Shown here one piece after another: positions 28,921-32,000 of a stretch of 32,000 nt of DNA. Both the position numbers and the translations under genes were made by a program. Origin of the DNA: Candidatus Tremblayella phenacoccinincola (lineage in GTDB: Bacteria > Pseudomonadota > Gammaproteobacteria > Burkholderiales > Burkholderiaceae); NCBI RefSeq assembly GCF_009805595.3, contig NZ_VMQO03000002.1, forward strand, positions 1-32,000, read 5' to 3'. Under the pieces are notes generated by a model that was given only the letters and a program-made list of their open reading frames with translations, had not been told where the DNA came from and searched no databases. Position 1 is the first letter of the stretch. The number at the start of each line of letters is the position of its first letter.

Positions 28921-30801
28921 ATGTTAAATAGAAACAGCTTTGACGTTATTATTATTGGTGGGGGTCATGCTGGAATAGAAGCTGCTGTAGCTTCATCTAA
29001 AATGGGATGTAAATCACTTTTATTAACACAAGATATTCTAACTATAGGTAAAATGTCTTGCAATCCAGCTATTGGGGGAATAGGTAAGGGTCATTTAGTT
29101 AAAGAAGTTGCTGCATTGGGTGGAGTAATGGCAAAAGCTATTGATAATTCTGGGATTCAGTTTAAAACATTAAATTCTAGCAAAGGGCCTGCTGTACATT
29201 CTACAAGAGCTCAAGCTGATAAGTCTCTATATAATAAAGAAGCTTATAGTATCTTAAAAACCCAAAAAGGCCTTACAATCCTATCTCAAGAAGTAAAAGA
29301 ATTAGTTTTAAAAAGCTATAATATAGTCGGAGTCATAACGACTAAAGAATTATTGTTTAATGCAGAAGCAATTATATTAACAACTGGTACTTTCTTGAAT
29401 GGTAAAATATCTATTGGGAAAAGCTTTTTTAGTGGTGGAAGAGTTGGTGATAATTCATCTAAACTATTACCAAAGTTTCTATATAGGTTACCACTAAATA
29501 TAAAAAGGTTAAAAACTGGGACTCCACCTCGTTTAAATATTAATAGCATTAACTTTAAGATATTAGAAGCTCAATACAGTGACTACCCACTTCCATATTT
29601 TTCTTTTTATAAAGGAAAAGCTAAAAGCATCAGACAGGTTCCTTGTTATATAACAAAGACTAATAAGATAACACATGAAATCATTTCTAGTAATATTGAA
29701 GATAGTCCAATGTATAATGGTAATATAAAAAGCATCGGACCTCGTTATTGTCCTTCTATAGAAGATAAAGTTGTAAAGTTTTATAATAAGCCTTCACACC
29801 AAATATATCTAGAACCAGAAGGTCTAAATAGTAACAAAATATATCCAAATGGGTTATCTACTTGTTTACCATACAATATACAAAAATATATAGTAAGATC
29901 AATAAAAGGATTAGAAAAAGCGCATATTATTTCACCTGGCTACGCAATTGAATATGATTTTATTAATCCTATAGATCTTAAACTAAGCTTAGAAAGTAAA
30001 CTAATTAAAGGCTTATTTCTTGCTGGTCAAGTTAATGGTAGCACGGGTTACGAAGAAGCAGCAGGTCAAGGAATTATAGCAGGAATAAATGCTGCCAGAA
30101 TGTGCTTTAATAAAGAAGCTTGGACACCTCGACGAGATCAAGCTTATTTAGGAGTATTATTAGATGACTTATGCACACAGGGAGTTGAAGAACCATATAG
30201 AATATTTACTTCAAGGGCAGAATATAGACTAATATTACGAGAAGATAATGCAGACCTCAGGCTAACTGAAATAGGTCGGAAGCTAGGATTAATTAGTGAG
30301 TCACATTGGAAAAGCTTTTGCGCAAAGGTTAATAATATAGAAGCTATACACCAAAAGCTAAAAGAAGCTTTCATCTATCCAAATACAAAAGCTAGTAACT
30401 ATATAAATAAGCTTTTAGTAAACCCATTATTAAAAGAAACAAACTGTAAATGCTTACTAAAAAGACCAGCTATAAACTATAATATATTATTAACTTCAAA
30501 AGGGTTTCCATATTTTGATGCAAAAGCTTTTAAAGAAGCTGAAATACAAATCAAATACTCTGGCTATATTGTACGTCAATATGAAGATGTTAAACGTAAC
30601 ATAAGTAATGAACTAATAAAAGTACCTTATAATATTGAATATAATAATATCTCTGGTTTATCTAATGAAGTTACTGAAAAGCTAAAAAAGCATCACCCAT
30701 CAACTATTGGCCAAGCTTCAAGAATAGCTGGCATTACACCTGTTGCCATTTCTATGCTTTTAATTTGGTTAAGGAAGAGCAATATGTTAAAACTACACTA
30801 A
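28921..30801 (+). CDS. mnmG: tRNA uridine 5-carboxymethylaminomethyl modification enzyme MnmG (GidA)
   Basis: 626 aa with FDVIIIGGGHAGIEAA, MSCNPAIGGIGKGHLVKEV, GPRYCPSIEDKV, GYAIEYDF, GQVNGSTGYEEAAGQG and FTSRAEYRLILREDNADLRLTE. Confidence 0.97.
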   Translation: MLNRNSFDVIIIGGGHAGIEAAVASSKMGCKSLLLTQDILTIGKMSCNPAIGGIGKGHLVKEVAALGGVMAKAIDNSGIQFKTLNSSKGPAVHSTRAQADKSLYNKEAYSILKTQKGLTILSQEVKELVLKSYNIVGVITTKELLFNAEAIILTTGTFLNGKISIGKSFFSGGRVGDNSSKLLPKFLYRLPLNIKRLKTGTPPRLNINSINFKILEAQYSDYPLPYFSFYKGKAKSIRQVPCYITKTNKITHEIISSNIEDSPMYNGNIKSIGPRYCPSIEDKVVKFYNKPSHQIYLEPEGLNSNKIYPNGLSTCLPYNIQKYIVRSIKGLEKAHIISPGYAIEYDFINPIDLKLSLESKLIKGLFLAGQVNGSTGYEEAAGQGIIAGINAARMCFNKEAWTPRRDQAYLGVLLDDLCTQGVEEPYRIFTSRAEYRLILREDNADLRLTEIGRKLGLISESHWKSFCAKVNNIEAIHQKLKEAFIYPNTKASNYINKLLVNPLLKETNCKCLLKRPAINYNILLTSKGFPYFDAKAFKEAEIQIKYSGYIVRQYEDVKRNISNELIKVPYNIEYNNISGLSNEVTEKLKKHHPSTIGQASRIAGITPVAISMLLIWLRKSNMLKLH

Positions 30802-30892
30802 TAATTAGAATTCATGAAGCATGTTGTTAAAGGCTGTCTAAGGTTCTTTTATGTTATAATGCTGCTTTTATAAGACCTATATAATAATACAT

Positions 30893-31498
30893 ATGAAACA
30901 CCTAATTAAGACAAATAAAAGCATTGATTACTACACATTAAAAACAAATAAATTGGGTCTTCGTTCACGTGCTTGGTTTAAAATAGATGAAATACAAAAA
31001 GCTGTTAACTTATTAAAGCCAGGAATGTCAGTAGTTGAGCTTGGTTCAAACCCGGGTGGGTGGTCAGAATACGTCTTAGATAAAATAGGAAAACAAGGTT
31101 CAATCATAGCCTGTGATATTCTACCTATGAATAAACTAAAAGGAACATATTTTATACAAGGTAACTGCTTTGCTAAAAATACTCTAGAAATGCTATACCT
31201 AAAAACAAAAGGTTCCAAAGTTAATGTTATATTATCAGATATGGCTCCAGCTATTACGGGCATCTCTTCTATTGATATTCCTAACTCTATAGAACTTATA
31301 AAGCTATCTCTAAAAATATGTTTAGCTATTCTAAAACCAGGAGGTAGTCTTCTAGTAAAAGCTTTTCAAGGAGAAAGGTTTGCTAGTCTATATAATAAGC
31401 TAAGAACTATATTTAATAAGGTTAAGCTATGTAAACCAAAGGCTTCTCATTATTATTCAAGAGAGGTTTATGTTGTAGCTAAAGGACTAGCTGTATAG
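30893..31498 (+). CDS. rlmE: 23S rRNA (uridine2552-2'-O)-methyltransferase RlmE (FtsJ)
   Basis: 201 aa with GLRSRAWFKIDEIQ, VVELGSNPGGWSEYV, IIACDILPM, ILSDMAP, LVKAFQGE and SREVYVVAKG. Confidence 0.93.
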   Translation: MKHLIKTNKSIDYYTLKTNKLGLRSRAWFKIDEIQKAVNLLKPGMSVVELGSNPGGWSEYVLDKIGKQGSIIACDILPMNKLKGTYFIQGNCFAKNTLEMLYLKTKGSKVNVILSDMAPAITGISSIDIPNSIELIKLSLKICLAILKPGGSLLVKAFQGERFASLYNKLRTIFNKVKLCKPKASHYYSREVYVVAKGLAV

Positions 31499-31573
31499 GT
31501 TTATAGATACATTCTTTATTGTACTAAGGAACTGTTGTTAGAGACTCTAGAGGGAGAAGTACTTCTAGCATAT

Positions 31574-31656
31574 ACCGAGGTGGCGGAATAGGTAGTCGCG
31601 TTACTTTGAGGTGGTAATGCTTTATAAGCATACGGGTTCAAGCCCCGTCCTCGGTA
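31574..31656 (+). tRNA. tRNA-Leu (anticodon GAG)
   Basis: ACCGAGGTGGCGGAATAGGTAGTCGCGTTACTTTGAGGTGGTAATGCTTTATAAGCATACGGGTTCAAGCCCCGTCCTCGGTA is a class II tRNA colinear with E. coli tRNA-Leu(GAG). Confidence 0.9.
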
Positions 31657-31684
31657 TTATATAATAAACATAATACACATCTAA

Positions 31685-31759
31685 AGCGGAGTGGAGCAGT
31701 TTTGGTAGCTCATCGGGCTCATAACCCGAAGGTCGTTGGTTCAACTCCAACCTCCGCAA
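31685..31759 (+). tRNA. Initiator tRNA-fMet (anticodon CAU)
   Basis: AGCGGAGTGGAGCAGTTTTGGTAGCTCATCGGGCTCATAACCCGAAGGTCGTTGGTTCAACTCCAACCTCCGCAA has an anticodon arm (TCGGGCTCATAACCCGA, three G-C pairs) identical to the E. coli initiator. Position 1:72 is unpaired (A.A). Confidence 0.9.
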
Positions 31760-31850
31760 CTACAGCTAACTTCCCTTCCTAGCTAGGAGCTCTTGGTTTA
31801 TTAGGAGAAGGTAGGAGAGGAGAGAGTTAACAGCTATAGCTATTAAAGAG

Positions 31851-32000
31851 CTTCTCTCTCCCCTCTCTTATATATACTTCTACTTCTAACTAACCTTCTC
31901 CTCTTCTCTCCTTTCCCTTTCCTTATTCTTATCCACCTTTCTCCTCTCCTTTCTCCCCCCAGGCTTCCCCCTCAACACATCCAAACATTCCTCTCCTTTC
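31851..32000. repeat. G-depleted polypyrimidine spacer at the right window edge, containing copy 2 of the two-part module (31883..31892 and 31930..31952)
   Basis: Only two G (31962..31963) in 150 nt of the plus strand. The strings cttctaacta and tatccacctttctcctctccttt are shared with 7846..7876. Confidence 0.85.

Noticed and set aside
31777-31788. Perfect palindromes after the tRNA cluster and rlmE (TCCTAGCTAGGA at 31777..31788, AGCTATAGCT a few tens of nt further right, and AGAAGTACTTCT between rlmE and tRNA-Leu), considered as terminators.
   Set aside because: They have no loop and no T-tract, so they are not convincing rho-independent terminators. They may simply reflect the general AGCT-centred palindrome excess.

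Overview
This 32-kb window comes from a tiny, gene-dense, AT-biased bacterial genome of the insect nutritional-endosymbiont type. It uses the standard genetic code, and I found no transposase, integrase, phage, CRISPR or defence genes. Left to right: rpoB (5' end), rplL, rplJ, rplA, rplK and a possible secE on the minus strand. A complete 16S-23S-5S rRNA operon follows on the minus strand, with no spacer tRNAs, embedded in G-depleted low-complexity spacers. Then come rplY, dnaJ-dnaK-grpE, an AroG-type DAHP synthase, lipA, metE, an rpmH missing from the ORF track, a very divergent dnaN, and rpoD. After a tRNA-Glu there is a more AT-rich block: tilS, tRNA-Gly, tRNA-Tyr, trpA-trpB-trpC(F)-trpD, tRNA-Asn, tRNA-Lys, fmt-def, tRNA-Leu(UAA), tRNA-Cys, mnmG, rlmE, tRNA-Leu(GAG) and tRNA-fMet. 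The main point of interest is that the rRNA, ribosomal proteins and chaperones on the left look betaproteobacterial, while the right block carries Enterobacterales hallmarks (trpDC(F)BA order with fused trpC-trpF, E. coli-like TrpA/TrpB/MnmG/RlmE/Def, a cysT-leuZ tRNA pair). The window therefore seems to span a seam in a phylogenetically mosaic symbiont genome. This resembles what I recall being reported for the mealybug symbiont 'Candidatus Tremblaya phenacola' PPER, which I cannot verify here; a chimeric assembly is the alternative. Secondary observations: about five-fold enrichment of AAGCTT in both blocks; strand-asymmetric G-poor spacers sharing sequence modules; a recurrent GGGGGGAAT motif; a 19-bp hairpin-forming tandem repeat upstream of grpE; microsatellite-derived low-complexity insertions inside aroG; an oriC-like spacer next to mnmG; and dnaN-rpmH without dnaA or rnpA.
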